Source: Promethearchaeota archaeon
GTDB taxonomy: Archaea; Asgardarchaeota; Lokiarchaeia; Sigyniarchaeales; SOKP01
Assembly (NCBI GenBank): GCA_016840165.1
Contig: JAEOSU010000009.1
Span: 16,331-80,330 of the forward strand
Reading direction: 5' to 3'
Length of the DNA: 64,000 bases
Shown: positions 41,041-51,786 of the stretch, piece after piece
How the letters are laid out: the number at the start of each line of letters is the position of its first letter
Position numbering within the stretch: position 1 is the first letter of the stretch
The notes under the pieces: generated by a model
What the model saw: only the letters and a program-made list of their open reading frames with translations
Database searches by the model: none
What the model was told of the DNA's origin: nothing
Translations under genes and position numbers: made by a program

Positions 41041-41324
41041 CTTTATCTATTAATTTCTTAAATTTTCTTATTTATTTTTTTTTAGTAAATATTCATTAGA
41101 ATAAATCAATAAGGTTGTGTATAAATATTTGGCTTACTATTTATCTACTCAAAATTAGATTTTAATTATTATAATTGCCCTAATTCACTAATAAATTTAT
41201 ATATTATAAATTCACGAAGAAAAACATAAATCAAATAACACTAAACCGCGGGGCTCATGATATTAAATTGGGACAAAAATCTTTTTAATAATTAATCATA
41301 TAAAAAGAGCGAATAGCGGTTTAT

Positions 41325-42638
41325 ATGCCATCAATTGTTGAGAAAATACGAGTTCTGGGGGCTGCTGGTAAATATGACATATGTGCTTCAAGTAGCTGCT
41401 ATACTCATTCAAACAACTGGTCAAACAATCTTCAATGTTATTCTAAATCACAAAATTCTAGTAAAGATCAATCTAAAAAGGATAATTTATATTTTGGTTC
41501 AATGCTTTCGGGTGGAATATGTCATAGTTTTACACCAGATGGTAGATGCGTTTCATTATTTAAAGTTTTATTTTCAAACGCATGCTCATTTAATTGTAAA
41601 TATTGTTTCAATAAAATTAGCAAGAAAAAAATGAGTCTTACACCAGATGAATATGTAAAAGCCTTTATGCATTTATATTTAGGCAATTATGTAGAGGGGA
41701 TGTTTCTATCATCCGGGATTACAAAAAACTCAGATGATACGATGGAAAAGATGCTTGAAGCAGTAAAAATATTACGTAATCAATATAATTATCGAGGATA
41801 TATTCATTTTAAATGCCTACCTGGTGCTTCCAAAGATGTAATTAAAGAAGCAGCTCATTATGTTGATCGTATGAGCGTAAATGTTGAATCTCCAACTGAA
41901 GGACACTTATCTGAAATTGCAGATCAAAAATCATATAAAACCGATATTTTAAAACGACAGGAATGGATAAGGGATCTTTCTGGAAAGAAATTTGATGATT
42001 GGGAGCAGGTGGATAAAATAAATACTTTTAATGATAATATAATTGACCAAGAATCTCCCATAGATGATGAAGAGAAGTATCGAAATGCAAAGTATATCCC
42101 ATCTGGACAAACTACTCAATTTGTTGTTGGAGCTGCTGATGAAACCGATTGGGATATATTAAAAAGATTATACTGGGAATATAAAACTATTAAATTAAAA
42201 AGAGGATACTTTTCCGCATTTTCACCAATTCAAGGTACCGAATTAGGAAAAAAAGAAGCAACCCCCCTATTAAGAGAACATAGATTATATCAAACAGATT
42301 GGTTAATGCGATTATACAAAATTCCGATTAGTGATATTAAGGACATATTAACCGAATCTTCTAATTTACCTCGTCAGGATCCTAAAATATTTCTTGCCCG
42401 TAATTATTTCGATAAAAGAGGACCACTCGATATAAATAACCTTTCCTATAGTGAGATTCTGAAAATTCCAGGTATTGGGTTAACATCAGCACATAGGATT
42501 ATGAAATTACGAAAAGAAGGCATAAAAATTACCAAAAGAACCCAATTAAAAAATATTGGCGTGGTATTGAAGAGAGCAGAGCCTTTTCTTAGAATTGGAA
42601 ACTCCTATCAAGCGAATATGATAAATTATTTACATTAA
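41325..42638 (+). CDS. Putative DNA modification/repair radical SAM protein (TIGR03916 type) with HhH
   Basis: KYDICASS, GICHSFTPDGRCVSLFK, CSFNCKYC, GQTTQFVVGA, REHRLYQTDWL, IPGIG. Confidence 0.9.
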   Translation: MPSIVEKIRVLGAAGKYDICASSSCYTHSNNWSNNLQCYSKSQNSSKDQSKKDNLYFGSMLSGGICHSFTPDGRCVSLFKVLFSNACSFNCKYCFNKISKKKMSLTPDEYVKAFMHLYLGNYVEGMFLSSGITKNSDDTMEKMLEAVKILRNQYNYRGYIHFKCLPGASKDVIKEAAHYVDRMSVNVESPTEGHLSEIADQKSYKTDILKRQEWIRDLSGKKFDDWEQVDKINTFNDNIIDQESPIDDEEKYRNAKYIPSGQTTQFVVGAADETDWDILKRLYWEYKTIKLKRGYFSAFSPIQGTELGKKEATPLLREHRLYQTDWLMRLYKIPISDIKDILTESSNLPRQDPKIFLARNYFDKRGPLDINNLSYSEILKIPGIGLTSAHRIMKLRKEGIKITKRTQLKNIGVVLKRAEPFLRIGNSYQANMINYLH

Positions 42639-42644
42639 AAGAAA

Positions 42645-43364
42645 TTGGAGAAAAAAAGTGGTATTATGTTTAATATGAGAAAAAGTAAGATTTGTTTTAT
42701 GGTACCACGAAATCATGAATATCTTAATTATTCTTTGAAGGACCAGAAAAAAATTTTAAATGAAATAGAGGACCTTCCACAGGCAGTTTTAGAAAGTAAT
42801 GTTACCTCAAATGCAAAGCGATATTATCGTATGGCACGAGCAGTCTCTAGGGAAATTCATTATCATAAAATGTTTACACGTCTTAAAATTGAAGGAAATG
42901 CAGTATTATCAGGGACAATTCAACCAGAACATGAAATAGAAGATATTATCCTAAAGTTTTTTTATCACCGCTTTCCTAAGTTTATTATCATTTTAAAATC
43001 AACAAGAAAAAAAAGAAATTATTTTATTGCTCCAAAAGAGTTAAAAGAATCTGTAAATAAAAAAGAAATTTCGGTTAAAATTGAACGTGATTATATTGTT
43101 GGTAACACTACAATTAATTTAGAAACTCTTCTTTCAATTTTTTTACCATTAGTAGAAAGCAATTTACTTTTTAAGGAGATATTAGACACTGACTTAGATC
43201 TAAATAGATTATTCAAGGAGTTTTATGATTCTCAATACATCGATTCGAGGGAAAATTACACTCTTTTTTTCCAGAACATGCCAAAAAAATATCAAAAAAA
43301 AAAAGATATGGTAGTAGAGAAAACATTTCGCACCAAAACACTTGATAAATTTCTGAATGAGTGA
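42645..43364 (+). CDS. DUF4130/TIGR03915-like partner of the radical SAM protein
   Basis: AVSREIH....FTRL, IQPEHEI...FFYHRFP, FYDSQYIDSREN...NMPKKY; PIP-like tail TLDKFL. Confidence 0.8.
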   Translation: MEKKSGIMFNMRKSKICFMVPRNHEYLNYSLKDQKKILNEIEDLPQAVLESNVTSNAKRYYRMARAVSREIHYHKMFTRLKIEGNAVLSGTIQPEHEIEDIILKFFYHRFPKFIIILKSTRKKRNYFIAPKELKESVNKKEISVKIERDYIVGNTTINLETLLSIFLPLVESNLLFKEILDTDLDLNRLFKEFYDSQYIDSRENYTLFFQNMPKKYQKKKDMVVEKTFRTKTLDKFLNE

Positions 43365-43365
43365 T

Positions 43366-43821
43366 TTATTCATTCCTAAAAAAATCTTTAAATGGAATAA
43401 AGAGTCCTACTATAAGCAAAGCTGCTCCTACGATAAAGGTAATCATACTACCACCAAAATAGCCTATTAAGATTTTATAACCAATAAATGTTCCCCAGAC
43501 TAATGCACCCGCAATTAAAATAAAATACCAAGCCCATTTATCACCCTTGCTATAATTCATTTTCGCAATAAATAGTACAAGAACTCCGACACTGCTTAAG
43601 ATAAATCCCATGACTTTCTTTTGTAATATAAAAATCTCAGCAAAGATACGTGTGGAAGGATTTGCATAATATTCACTATATTCTATCCCTGTGTGCCAAC
43701 CAAAATCGCTGATAAACATAATTTCTGTCACAAAGATCATTAAAATGCCCATTAAAAGGATATAGCATCCCATAAAATTTATGAAAAATGTTCCGAGTTT
43801 TAATTTTTCCATTAATTTCAC
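43366..43821 (-). CDS. Four-TM membrane protein
   Basis: Hydrophobic segments and KGDKWAW. Confidence 0.7.
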   Translation of the reverse strand: MKLMEKLKLGTFFINFMGCYILLMGILMIFVTEIMFISDFGWHTGIEYSEYYANPSTRIFAEIFILQKKVMGFILSSVGVLVLFIAKMNYSKGDKWAWYFILIAGALVWGTFIGYKILIGYFGGSMITFIVGAALLIVGLFIPFKDFFRNE

Positions 43822-43965
43822 TTGAATTTCTTAAATTAAAGTTAATTTGCAAATTTGTAAAAAAATTATATAAAGTTTTAGATTCTTATTATAGTCTACT
43901 TAAAAAGTTTGTAGATTAGAGAAATAAGTTTAAATTTTTACTTTGAATTTTAAATCATGAATTAA

Positions 43966-44859
43966 ATGCGGAAATTCATTGAGAAAAGAAGTTTTAAATC
44001 TTCCATTATAATAGCTTTATTTATATTATCCAATTTCATCAATAGCGTTCCTAAAATGGTTGCGCCCATCCCACCTCCATTGTATTCATATCAATTAATA
44101 AGTGAAATTCTTCCTAATCGAACATTGTCTCTAAATCTATTGAACAGAAATGTCGTAATTAAGATAAATGCATCAAATTACCCAGATAACGTTCAAATTG
44201 ATTTTAATGCCAATTATACTATTTTTAACGCAGAAAATGATTCCAATCTAACGCTAGGACTTCCTTTTTTTTTAAGAATTAATGTTAGTAAGTCCAATTT
44301 CAGTGTAAAATTAAATAATGTTCCTATTGATTTTGTATTAGAAAACTATACGCAAGGTGCTACTAATAGTTCTGAATTTGATTTAGATTTTTTTTCACAT
44401 TTCATCAACGAGAAGCCAGTTATTGTAATTAAATGCAATATAACGATTTTAAAATATGAATCAATCAAAATTGAGTACGATTTTAATGGTATAGTTGATT
44501 TTTGGGATGACATTTATTTTGGGTATTATTTAAATGCAAGTAAAACGTGGAATGGCAATACTACAGGAAGAGTAGAATTTAGGGTATTTGGAAAAGTTCC
44601 TTCCTTTTTTACTTCAGGAGATTATCATGGGAACAAGCAAGTTTCAGACATTATTGAAGGAATATCTTGTATCTGGGAATGGTATAATTTAAAAGTAAAC
44701 ACTTTAGTTTTTGGAATTGAGTATTATAGTTATAATTTTTACCCTAATCTTACGATTTATGATATTTTTATTATAATTATAAATATTACTGCTTATATAT
44801 TAATAATATCAGCGATAATTTACTTCATAGTAAAGAGAAAATCAAGGAAAAAAACTTAA
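43966..44859 (+). CDS. Secreted, C-terminally anchored surface glycoprotein
   Basis: Signal peptide, many sequons, C-terminal TM followed by a basic tail (KRKSRKKT). Confidence 0.7.
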   Translation: MRKFIEKRSFKSSIIIALFILSNFINSVPKMVAPIPPPLYSYQLISEILPNRTLSLNLLNRNVVIKINASNYPDNVQIDFNANYTIFNAENDSNLTLGLPFFLRINVSKSNFSVKLNNVPIDFVLENYTQGATNSSEFDLDFFSHFINEKPVIVIKCNITILKYESIKIEYDFNGIVDFWDDIYFGYYLNASKTWNGNTTGRVEFRVFGKVPSFFTSGDYHGNKQVSDIIEGISCIWEWYNLKVNTLVFGIEYYSYNFYPNLTIYDIFIIIINITAYILIISAIIYFIVKRKSRKKT

Positions 44860-44889
44860 GGGGCACTAATTTAACTCATTTTAGTTTTT

Positions 44890-45651
44890 CTAACCAATTA
44901 ACGCAATAATGGATGTTATAACGGATTTTGCACCGATAATAATTAAAAAACAAAAGACTAGAATTTGAAAAAGTTTTACTGGAATTTTGGGAGTGAATTT
45001 CTGCCCAATTTTGGTACCTATAAAAATAATCGGAAAGGCAAAAATAAATAATAGAAGTAAATCAAACGGAAAAATATTTCCAATGAAATAGAAAGGAATT
45101 CTTGAAACCGAAAGCACCAGACCAATAGCAGCAAAATTTCCGATAAATACCTCGCGATAATGACCTGTTTTTTCCAAAAGAGCAACATTAATCGGACCCG
45201 CAGCACTAATTAATCCCGTTAATAAGCCATAAGTAAACCCTCCAAAGAAGATTAGAGGCGATGTAGTCTCAATATGCTTTCTTAATTCTATTCTATCGGT
45301 TCTTTTATAATATTGATATAATCTTAAAGAAGAGTAACCCAATATAAACAACCCAAGAATCAGTTCAATCCATTCAAATTCAATAGTAATTACCATGAAA
45401 GTGCCTAAAATTGTAGCGGGAACGGCAATTGGAATAAATCGAAAAAAGTAACCTTTATCTAAATACTTTCGATACTTAATGAAGTTTAGTAATGCGGGAA
45501 ATGTGCCCCAGATATTTACAAGAACGATCGCATTTCGGACTCCAATAAATGGTGTTATTATAGGAATAAGAACGAGAGCATCACCGAAACCGATGATACC
45601 ATAAACCATACTTGAAAAGAAAATTGCAATAAGCGAAAGATAAATTATCAT
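44890..45651 (-). CDS. TauE/SafE (sulfite exporter, TSUP) family protein
   Basis: GIIGFGDALVLIP, GLLTGLISAAGP, GTKIG; about 8 TMs. Confidence 0.88.
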   Translation of the reverse strand: MIIYLSLIAIFFSSMVYGIIGFGDALVLIPIITPFIGVRNAIVLVNIWGTFPALLNFIKYRKYLDKGYFFRFIPIAVPATILGTFMVITIEFEWIELILGLFILGYSSLRLYQYYKRTDRIELRKHIETTSPLIFFGGFTYGLLTGLISAAGPINVALLEKTGHYREVFIGNFAAIGLVLSVSRIPFYFIGNIFPFDLLLLFIFAFPIIFIGTKIGQKFTPKIPVKLFQILVFCFLIIIGAKSVITSIIALIG

Positions 45652-45711
45652 CTAATAAGTACATCCCTAATTTAAACAATAAATCGTAAATAAAAAAAAG
45701 TAGCTTGCTTT

Positions 45712-47730
45712 TTACCTTTTTCTAATCAGAATCTTACTAAGACTTGTTCTCACGATTATCAAACTGAGAATGAAAACACTCATCAACAATAAAGGTAAGA
45801 TAAATCCTGGAATTTCTTCTATCGTTTGGGGCTGTTTATTAAAATTGACCTCTGCAAATCCGACTTTTCCTGTCTTATCTATAGCGTAAAACTTTAAATT
45901 AACTAAACCATACGATAATGAATTCCAAGCATTTTGGTCTATCGTACCATTTTCAGTAAATGTGAAATTATTCAGTCCTCCATCAAGCGTGTACCACATC
46001 GCATCCAAATATTTTTCATCAACCCAGATATTAAAACTAGGATTACTTGCAAAATTAATATTGGAGCTTGGTGAGTATATTGTGATATTTGGCGCGAGAT
46101 TATCTACAATTGGTAGATAATCATATATTAACGAAGAATAATCAATAAGGTGGGGGGAGTCACCGATTCCGTCGTCATTATTATCAAAACCCGTGTAATT
46201 ATCCCAATAATTGCCTATATCTGTAGTATTCCATGTGTTTGTTATCGGACTATTAATCACGTGGTTTTCTTCGTTGTCTATAAAGAAATTTAGGTAAAAC
46301 TTATTGTTTACACATGACGGATCAAAGTAAACTCCTATTTGATTGCTCTTAAATACATTTTCTTTAATTCTATTATTTGTACTATACAGTGCTAATGATA
46401 AACCTTCAAGATAATTATCTTTAAACCTATTATCAGAAATTAAATTATCTGAACAGTATCCGAACATCCTTATTCCAGCTCTAAATCCATTTGAATTTAT
46501 GCTATTCTTTGAAATTGTATTATTATTAAATGAACTCATGTAGATACCTTCCAATAAATTATGGTTAATTTCATTTTCTGATATGATTGAGTTATTTACA
46601 TTATGGATTTCGATCCCTTCGCGATTGTTATTTATTTCATTCCTAAATATAGAAATCTTAGAGCAATTTCGTAAGTCCATACCAAAAGCATAATTGCTTG
46701 AAAGGTTATTATCGCTAATTTCAATATTATTGCACTCAATTAAAGAAATCGGGAGGGTACTATCAGAAAGATCCTGACCTGTGATATTCGTGTTATTACA
46801 GTTTACGAGGTAAATTTGCCCTGCATTTGAAAAATCTACTTCACCTAAATCATCCCTATCTTTATAAAAGTAGAACGGACCATTGTTAACCAAATTAGAA
46901 TCATCAATTTTATTAATAGAGAATATATAATAATCCGAATAAAATCCACTTGACTCCATTTTATTCCCTTTAATTGTATTATTTTCACATGGACCTTCTA
47001 GGAACATACCCACTTCTTCATTATTGATTAAATAATTATCTATAACAGTATTATTAATACAAAATGCATAGAAATAAATTCCCCAACGATTGTTGTTGAT
47101 AATATTTCCTTTGAAAACATTATCTTCCAATTCTCCTGGAGGACCAGCAGCGAAACCACGACAGTAAATTCCAAAATCTTCGTTGAAATTTATGGTATTG
47201 TTAGAAACAGTGTTATTCATACAATAACATTGTGCAACAATTTCTGGAGTAGGATGGGGGATATCTATCCAACTATCTAAATAAATTCCATTCTCATTAA
47301 ACGAGCAATTATTATTTACAAGCGTACCATTACACGATATACCTAAACGAATACCGTAAGTGCAATTAAAAACAGTACAGTTTTCAATTCTGAAAAAAAC
47401 ATTTTTTGAATTCCCAATTGAAATGCCTGTTCCTGTACCATTCCCATCAATAATAAAATCTTGGATAATATAGGGATCTGAGAATGTTCCTGATCCTGAA
47501 CAAATACCAGAATCTACAGCTTCAGTCCAATTACTTATACTAATCCTTTCAGAATTTGCAGCAATTTTTAGATACTTCAGTTCTGAAACTGGCTTATTCC
47601 CAATACGCATACCAAGGTTAGTATCTATAAACAAATCATAACTCATCGGAAATGAAAATAAAATCAATAGAAGTATCACAAGGAGTAAAATATGGTTCTT
47701 ATTATTATATTTATTATGATGAAATATCAT
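45712..47730 (-). CDS. NosD/pectin-lyase-like beta-helix surface protein with an Ig-like domain and Loki-CTERM-like anchor
   Basis: GSGTFSDPYII, repeated NNTI..N.I..N...GI, GNYWDNY, WYTLDGG, IPGF followed by a TM and a basic tail. Confidence 0.88.
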   Translation of the reverse strand: MIFHHNKYNNKNHILLLVILLLILFSFPMSYDLFIDTNLGMRIGNKPVSELKYLKIAANSERISISNWTEAVDSGICSGSGTFSDPYIIQDFIIDGNGTGTGISIGNSKNVFFRIENCTVFNCTYGIRLGISCNGTLVNNNCSFNENGIYLDSWIDIPHPTPEIVAQCYCMNNTVSNNTINFNEDFGIYCRGFAAGPPGELEDNVFKGNIINNNRWGIYFYAFCINNTVIDNYLINNEEVGMFLEGPCENNTIKGNKMESSGFYSDYYIFSINKIDDSNLVNNGPFYFYKDRDDLGEVDFSNAGQIYLVNCNNTNITGQDLSDSTLPISLIECNNIEISDNNLSSNYAFGMDLRNCSKISIFRNEINNNREGIEIHNVNNSIISENEINHNLLEGIYMSSFNNNTISKNSINSNGFRAGIRMFGYCSDNLISDNRFKDNYLEGLSLALYSTNNRIKENVFKSNQIGVYFDPSCVNNKFYLNFFIDNEENHVINSPITNTWNTTDIGNYWDNYTGFDNNDDGIGDSPHLIDYSSLIYDYLPIVDNLAPNITIYSPSSNINFASNPSFNIWVDEKYLDAMWYTLDGGLNNFTFTENGTIDQNAWNSLSYGLVNLKFYAIDKTGKVGFAEVNFNKQPQTIEEIPGFILPLLLMSVFILSLIIVRTSLSKILIRKR

Positions 47731-47842
47731 TAGTGGTCTCGACTAAACTTGAATTGAGAATTTTTTGTCTATTGAAGTAATTATTTTTTTAATATCATAT
47801 AAACATTTCTACATGATGAGTTATCGCACTTCGAGGAATAAT

Positions 47843-48002
47843 TTAACTTGGTAATATATCATCAATTTTTTTCTGAACTGGTCCCTTCGGTTTAATTTTA
47901 CCAAACTGCATTTCTTTGTTTTTTTTCACGAATTTCCAGCTAAAACCAGAGAGTTCTTTTAAAGGACCTTTTATTTTTTCTTCTTTTTCTTGTACGGGTA
48001 TA
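47843..48002 (-). pseudogene. Decayed duplicate of the xpf 3' end
   Basis: Translates YTRTRKRRK(+1 nt)IKGPLKELSGFSWKFVKKNKEMQFGKIKPKGPVQKKIDDILPS*, versus the xpf C-terminus YTKTGNPKGIRGPLANLSGFGWKFVEKNQKILFGDIKSPQKKINEI*. No start codon. Confidence 0.8.
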
Positions 48003-48193
48003 TGTTGTTTAATTAAATTAGTTGGTAAACGAACTCTATAATTATATAAACATCAAGCCATATTTAGGTATTAGCCAAATGATTATTAGAATTGTTTATA
48101 CTACTATCAGGTTTTTTTTATAAAAAAGAAAATAACTATAGTATTGATAAGGGAAAAATAGACAATCATAATATTTGGATTACCATATTACCG

Positions 48194-48478
48194 TTATCTA
48201 TTTGCTAAAATGAAAAATAATACAAAGAAAAATACCAGAAATGCCATTGGTAAAATAAATATAAAAGCAAACATCTTCTTATTGTTAAAACCTCGATCAT
48301 TCTCATTAACTGTAGTATTGCTGACCGTCTGTTCTAATTCTGTAATCTTCTCTTGTAATTCTTGAATTTTAAGATCTTTTTGAGTAAGCTCGTTATCACC
48401 TTCATTGGAGAATCCACAAAAAGGGCAAATATTTACACTATCCTCTATTTTTGCACCACAATTTTGGCAATACATCAT
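48194..48478 (-). CDS. Zinc-ribbon, coiled-coil, C-terminal TM protein
   Basis: YCQNCG...CPFCG, then LKIQELQEKITELEQ, then a hydrophobic tail. Confidence 0.85.
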   Translation of the reverse strand: MMYCQNCGAKIEDSVNICPFCGFSNEGDNELTQKDLKIQELQEKITELEQTVSNTTVNENDRGFNNKKMFAFIFILPMAFLVFFFVLFFILANR

Positions 48479-48600
48479 AATCTCTTACAACTTCCATGAA
48501 TAATTTAATTTGATTGAAATTATTTTTCCTAATCTAAATTCAACATTATAAATTAAATAAATAATTTAAAGCTATTTTAAAGGTATAAATTTTTTACTTT

Positions 48601-49335
48601 CTAAATCTCATTAATCTTTTTTTGAGGACTTTTTATATCACCAAATAGAATTTTTTGGTTCTTTTCGACAAACTTCCAACCAAATCCAGAAAGATTTGCA
48701 AGAGGCCCTCTAATTCCTTTGGGATTACCAGTTTTCGTATATAATATTTCCGTTTGTTTTAGAGCCCTCAAAACCTTATATGGAGTTCTAAATGCTTCTA
48801 TTAACTGTTTTGCTTTTTTTGAGCCAATATCAATTAATCCTTCGATGATATAGATTCTTCGATCTTCCTCACTCATATTTTTGGGAGCTTTTCGAGAAAA
48901 AACAACTTCCCCATGTTTAATTTGCTCACGATATGCTAACCGCTCAATTGCTACAGCTGTATGTTCTAAGTTTTGGGTTGGTATGACTGATATACCCATT
49001 TTATATGAAATTTTAACCAATGCTCCATATACCGATGAAATCCTCATACCGATATTCTCAAATACTTCTGCATTTAAACCTTCAATAATTAGAATCGGGT
49101 TTTCATAAGTATCTTTTAAACGAATAAGTTGTTCAAATAATCGATTATCGATAATTGAAGCTATGAGATCATAACCCTCCTTTCTTTCTACAGCAAGATC
49201 TTTTGTTATCACCACATCAGCAATATCTAATTGTTTTGCTTTATAAACAATATTTTCAAATCGCTCATCAAATAGTTTCATTAACTTTCGTTCCCGATTG
49301 TCAATTATCAAGAATATCTTGTTGTTTTCCGGCAT
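48601..49335 (-). CDS. xpf: Short archaeal XPF/ERCC4 structure-specific endonuclease
   Basis: IDNRE, LDIADV, VERKE..DL..SIIDNRLFEQ, LIIEG, HhH (IDIGSKKAK), PIP-like QKKI. Confidence 0.9.
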   Translation of the reverse strand: MPENNKIFLIIDNRERKLMKLFDERFENIVYKAKQLDIADVVITKDLAVERKEGYDLIASIIDNRLFEQLIRLKDTYENPILIIEGLNAEVFENIGMRISSVYGALVKISYKMGISVIPTQNLEHTAVAIERLAYREQIKHGEVVFSRKAPKNMSEEDRRIYIIEGLIDIGSKKAKQLIEAFRTPYKVLRALKQTEILYTKTGNPKGIRGPLANLSGFGWKFVEKNQKILFGDIKSPQKKINEI

Positions 49336-49641
49336 TTCAATCAGTATTTATTTATAATGGCATTTATTTTTTGTATGAATTTACTTAGATAGTTATATTA
49401 ATCATTTAAATATAAAAAAATAAAGGGAGGAATAAATTAAATTAATTGAATTTAATCAGGTAAGTTTAATTATTCAAAATGAGAACTAGTCATATGACTA
49501 CTAATTCTCCCATAAAGATTTCCACTCAATCACTTTTCTGGTGATTTCTTCTCCATTTTTCCATACGTTTTTGATCTTTCTTTTCATACCATTTTTCAAG
49601 CTTTTTCTTCTTTTTTTTTCTTTTTTTTCTAATTTATTTTG

Positions 49642-50121
49642 TTATTTTATTAAATCTTTTTGTGATAACTCTTCACTATAGATTATAGTCGCAATTATTG
49701 TGATTATACCACTTCCTATCCATAAAGTTAAGATTAGTAAATATAAAGTCAGATTTAACTCTTCAAATGGTATATAATTTATATCATCATAAAGAAATAC
49801 AAAAGAAAATAAAAGAGAAAGTAGAAATATAAAAATAGTATACATAAGATTAAGGTACACGCTAATGGGTCCTAAATCATGAACAATTTTAGTACCATAC
49901 TTTCCTTTAATAAACATTTTTCTCGTTTTAATATGTCTTTTTAAAAAAGATGCAAGTGCAGCTGATATTACTATTAATGACATTATAGAAGAAATTGTTA
50001 AGAATACTATGCGATAAAGTAAAGGAAAAAAGAGTGCTAATATCAATTGGGTAATACTTAATAAGACAAGGCTAATTAGATCAAACCATCCAGATATTTT
50101 AGACCGTTTCATAAAAAACAA
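49642..50121 (-). CDS. Four-TM hypothetical membrane protein
   Basis: Four hydrophobic segments; the 3' end may be truncated. Confidence 0.6.
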   Translation of the reverse strand: MFFMKRSKISGWFDLISLVLLSITQLILALFFPLLYRIVFLTISSIMSLIVISAALASFLKRHIKTRKMFIKGKYGTKIVHDLGPISVYLNLMYTIFIFLLSLLFSFVFLYDDINYIPFEELNLTLYLLILTLWIGSGIITIIATIIYSEELSQKDLIK

Positions 50122-50201
50122 CTATACTTAACTTGGGATTTCTCTTATTAAATTAGCACTCTATGTTAAAAAATACCTACTTATAAGATTCCGATTAACT
50201 T

Positions 50202-50729
50202 TCATTTTCTCTCTATTGGGTTATTCTGAAGAAAATTTATGATTTTTTTAACGCTGTATAATTGATTATTTATCAAAATGAAGATTAAGATGAATAAACC
50301 TGAGATCTCGGTAAAAAATACTACTGGATCATTAAATAAGCTATATAACCAGCTATTGAGGGGATCATCGACATAAATAAATTCATACATAACGAAGGGA
50401 AAGAAAATTGGAACCTCTGGTAAATCTAAAAGTAAATGAGATAGAGATCCAATGAAAAAAGGAATTGAAACTAAGAAATTTCTCTTTGCAAAAAAATGGA
50501 TTATTAAAAAACTAACAACAACAAATAACAATGTGTGAGAAATTCCTCGTCCAGAACCTAAATTTAAGAACATAAGAGATTTATCAATAATATCCGGCAG
50601 TAAAGCTCCAATTATCAGAGCAATCCGATTAAATCGAAAATTTTTCTTGATATATGGTATTTCAAGAAGAATTAATGGGAGAGCAACGTGAAAGATAGGA
50701 AAAACGAGACTCCACCTCTTAAAAGCCAT
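50202..50729 (-). CDS. Membrane-bound metal-dependent hydrolase (YdjM/DUF457-like)
   Basis: FH, GALLPDIID, RGISHT, SHLLLD. Confidence 0.85.
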   Translation of the reverse strand: MAFKRWSLVFPIFHVALPLILLEIPYIKKNFRFNRIALIIGALLPDIIDKSLMFLNLGSGRGISHTLLFVVVSFLIIHFFAKRNFLVSIPFFIGSLSHLLLDLPEVPIFFPFVMYEFIYVDDPLNSWLYSLFNDPVVFFTEISGLFILIFILINNQLYSVKKIINFLQNNPIERK

Positions 50730-50892
50730 ACAGAAATCGAATTAAAGCAATAATTTCTGGTAGAAAATATAAGATAAGTAAAATAATTACAAATTCTAAC
50801 GAAATCTTTAGAGCTCGTTTGATTAAATAGGGATACGATATCTCTTTTTGTTCTGTCATGCAATATAAAATTAAATATTTATTTTTATAGAT

Positions 50893-51693
50893 TTATATGA
50901 AATGAAATTCTTTTTGAATCTCTTGTAGTGTATAATCTTGATGGATTATTTTTGAAAGAGCATTTACTAATTTAATAGGATTTTTTGCTTGAAACACATT
51001 ACGTCCAAAAGCAACTCCTGCTCCTCCTGCTTGAATTGAATCATAAACCACTTGCAACAATTCAGGAATAGTATCCATTTTCGGACCACCAGCGATGATA
51101 ACAGGAATCGAGACGCTATTGACAATATATTTAAAACTATCAATATCTCCAGTGTAATTAGTTTTTACGATGTCTGCTCCCAGTTCTGCTCCAGCTCTAA
51201 CGGCAATATTCACTACCTCAGGGTCATTTTCATTTTGAATTTTTTTTCCTCGCGGGTACATCATGGCGATTAATGGAACCCCCCATTCTCTCGATGCCTC
51301 AACTACTTTGCGGGCATCCTCAAGCATCTCTGGTTCTTCTTCTGCACCAATATTGATATGGATTGAGATCGCATCAGCTCCCATTTTAAGAGCACGCTCC
51401 ACTGTACATACTAAAACTTTTCTATTTGGGTGAGGTGCAAGGTTGGTTGCTCCGGATAAATGAATGATCAAACCAACATCTCTCCCATATCTTCTGTGTC
51501 CAGCTCCTACCATTCCAGAATGCATAAGTACAGCGTTTGCGCCACCTTGTGAGACCTTATCTACCATTTCAGCCATATTTTCTAGACCTTGGATTGATCC
51601 CATTGTTAAACCATGATCCATTGGAACGATTATTGTTCTTCGACTTTTACGATCAATAATCCGTTCCAATCGAATACTCTTTCCTAAATTCAT
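50893..51693 (-). CDS. DhnA-type class I aldolase (ADH synthase AroA'/fructose-bisphosphate aldolase)
   Basis: [23 protein letters not shown] (Schiff-base Lys), AGGPK, GRNVFQ. Confidence 0.9.
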   Translation of the reverse strand: MNLGKSIRLERIIDRKSRRTIIVPMDHGLTMGSIQGLENMAEMVDKVSQGGANAVLMHSGMVGAGHRRYGRDVGLIIHLSGATNLAPHPNRKVLVCTVERALKMGADAISIHINIGAEEEPEMLEDARKVVEASREWGVPLIAMMYPRGKKIQNENDPEVVNIAVRAGAELGADIVKTNYTGDIDSFKYIVNSVSIPVIIAGGPKMDTIPELLQVVYDSIQAGGAGVAFGRNVFQAKNPIKLVNALSKIIHQDYTLQEIQKEFHFI

Positions 51694-51786
51694 TTTTTCT
51701 TTTTTGAAATAATATACTTATTAAATTAATCATATTAAATGAGAGTCTCCATATAAAATTAATTCGTGAAGGTAAAAGGAGAATCT

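Noticed and set aside
45712-47730. DNA tandem repeat or CRISPR-like periodicity
   Set aside because: The periodicity comes from Asn-rich beta-helix protein repeats; there are no identical spaced DNA repeats.
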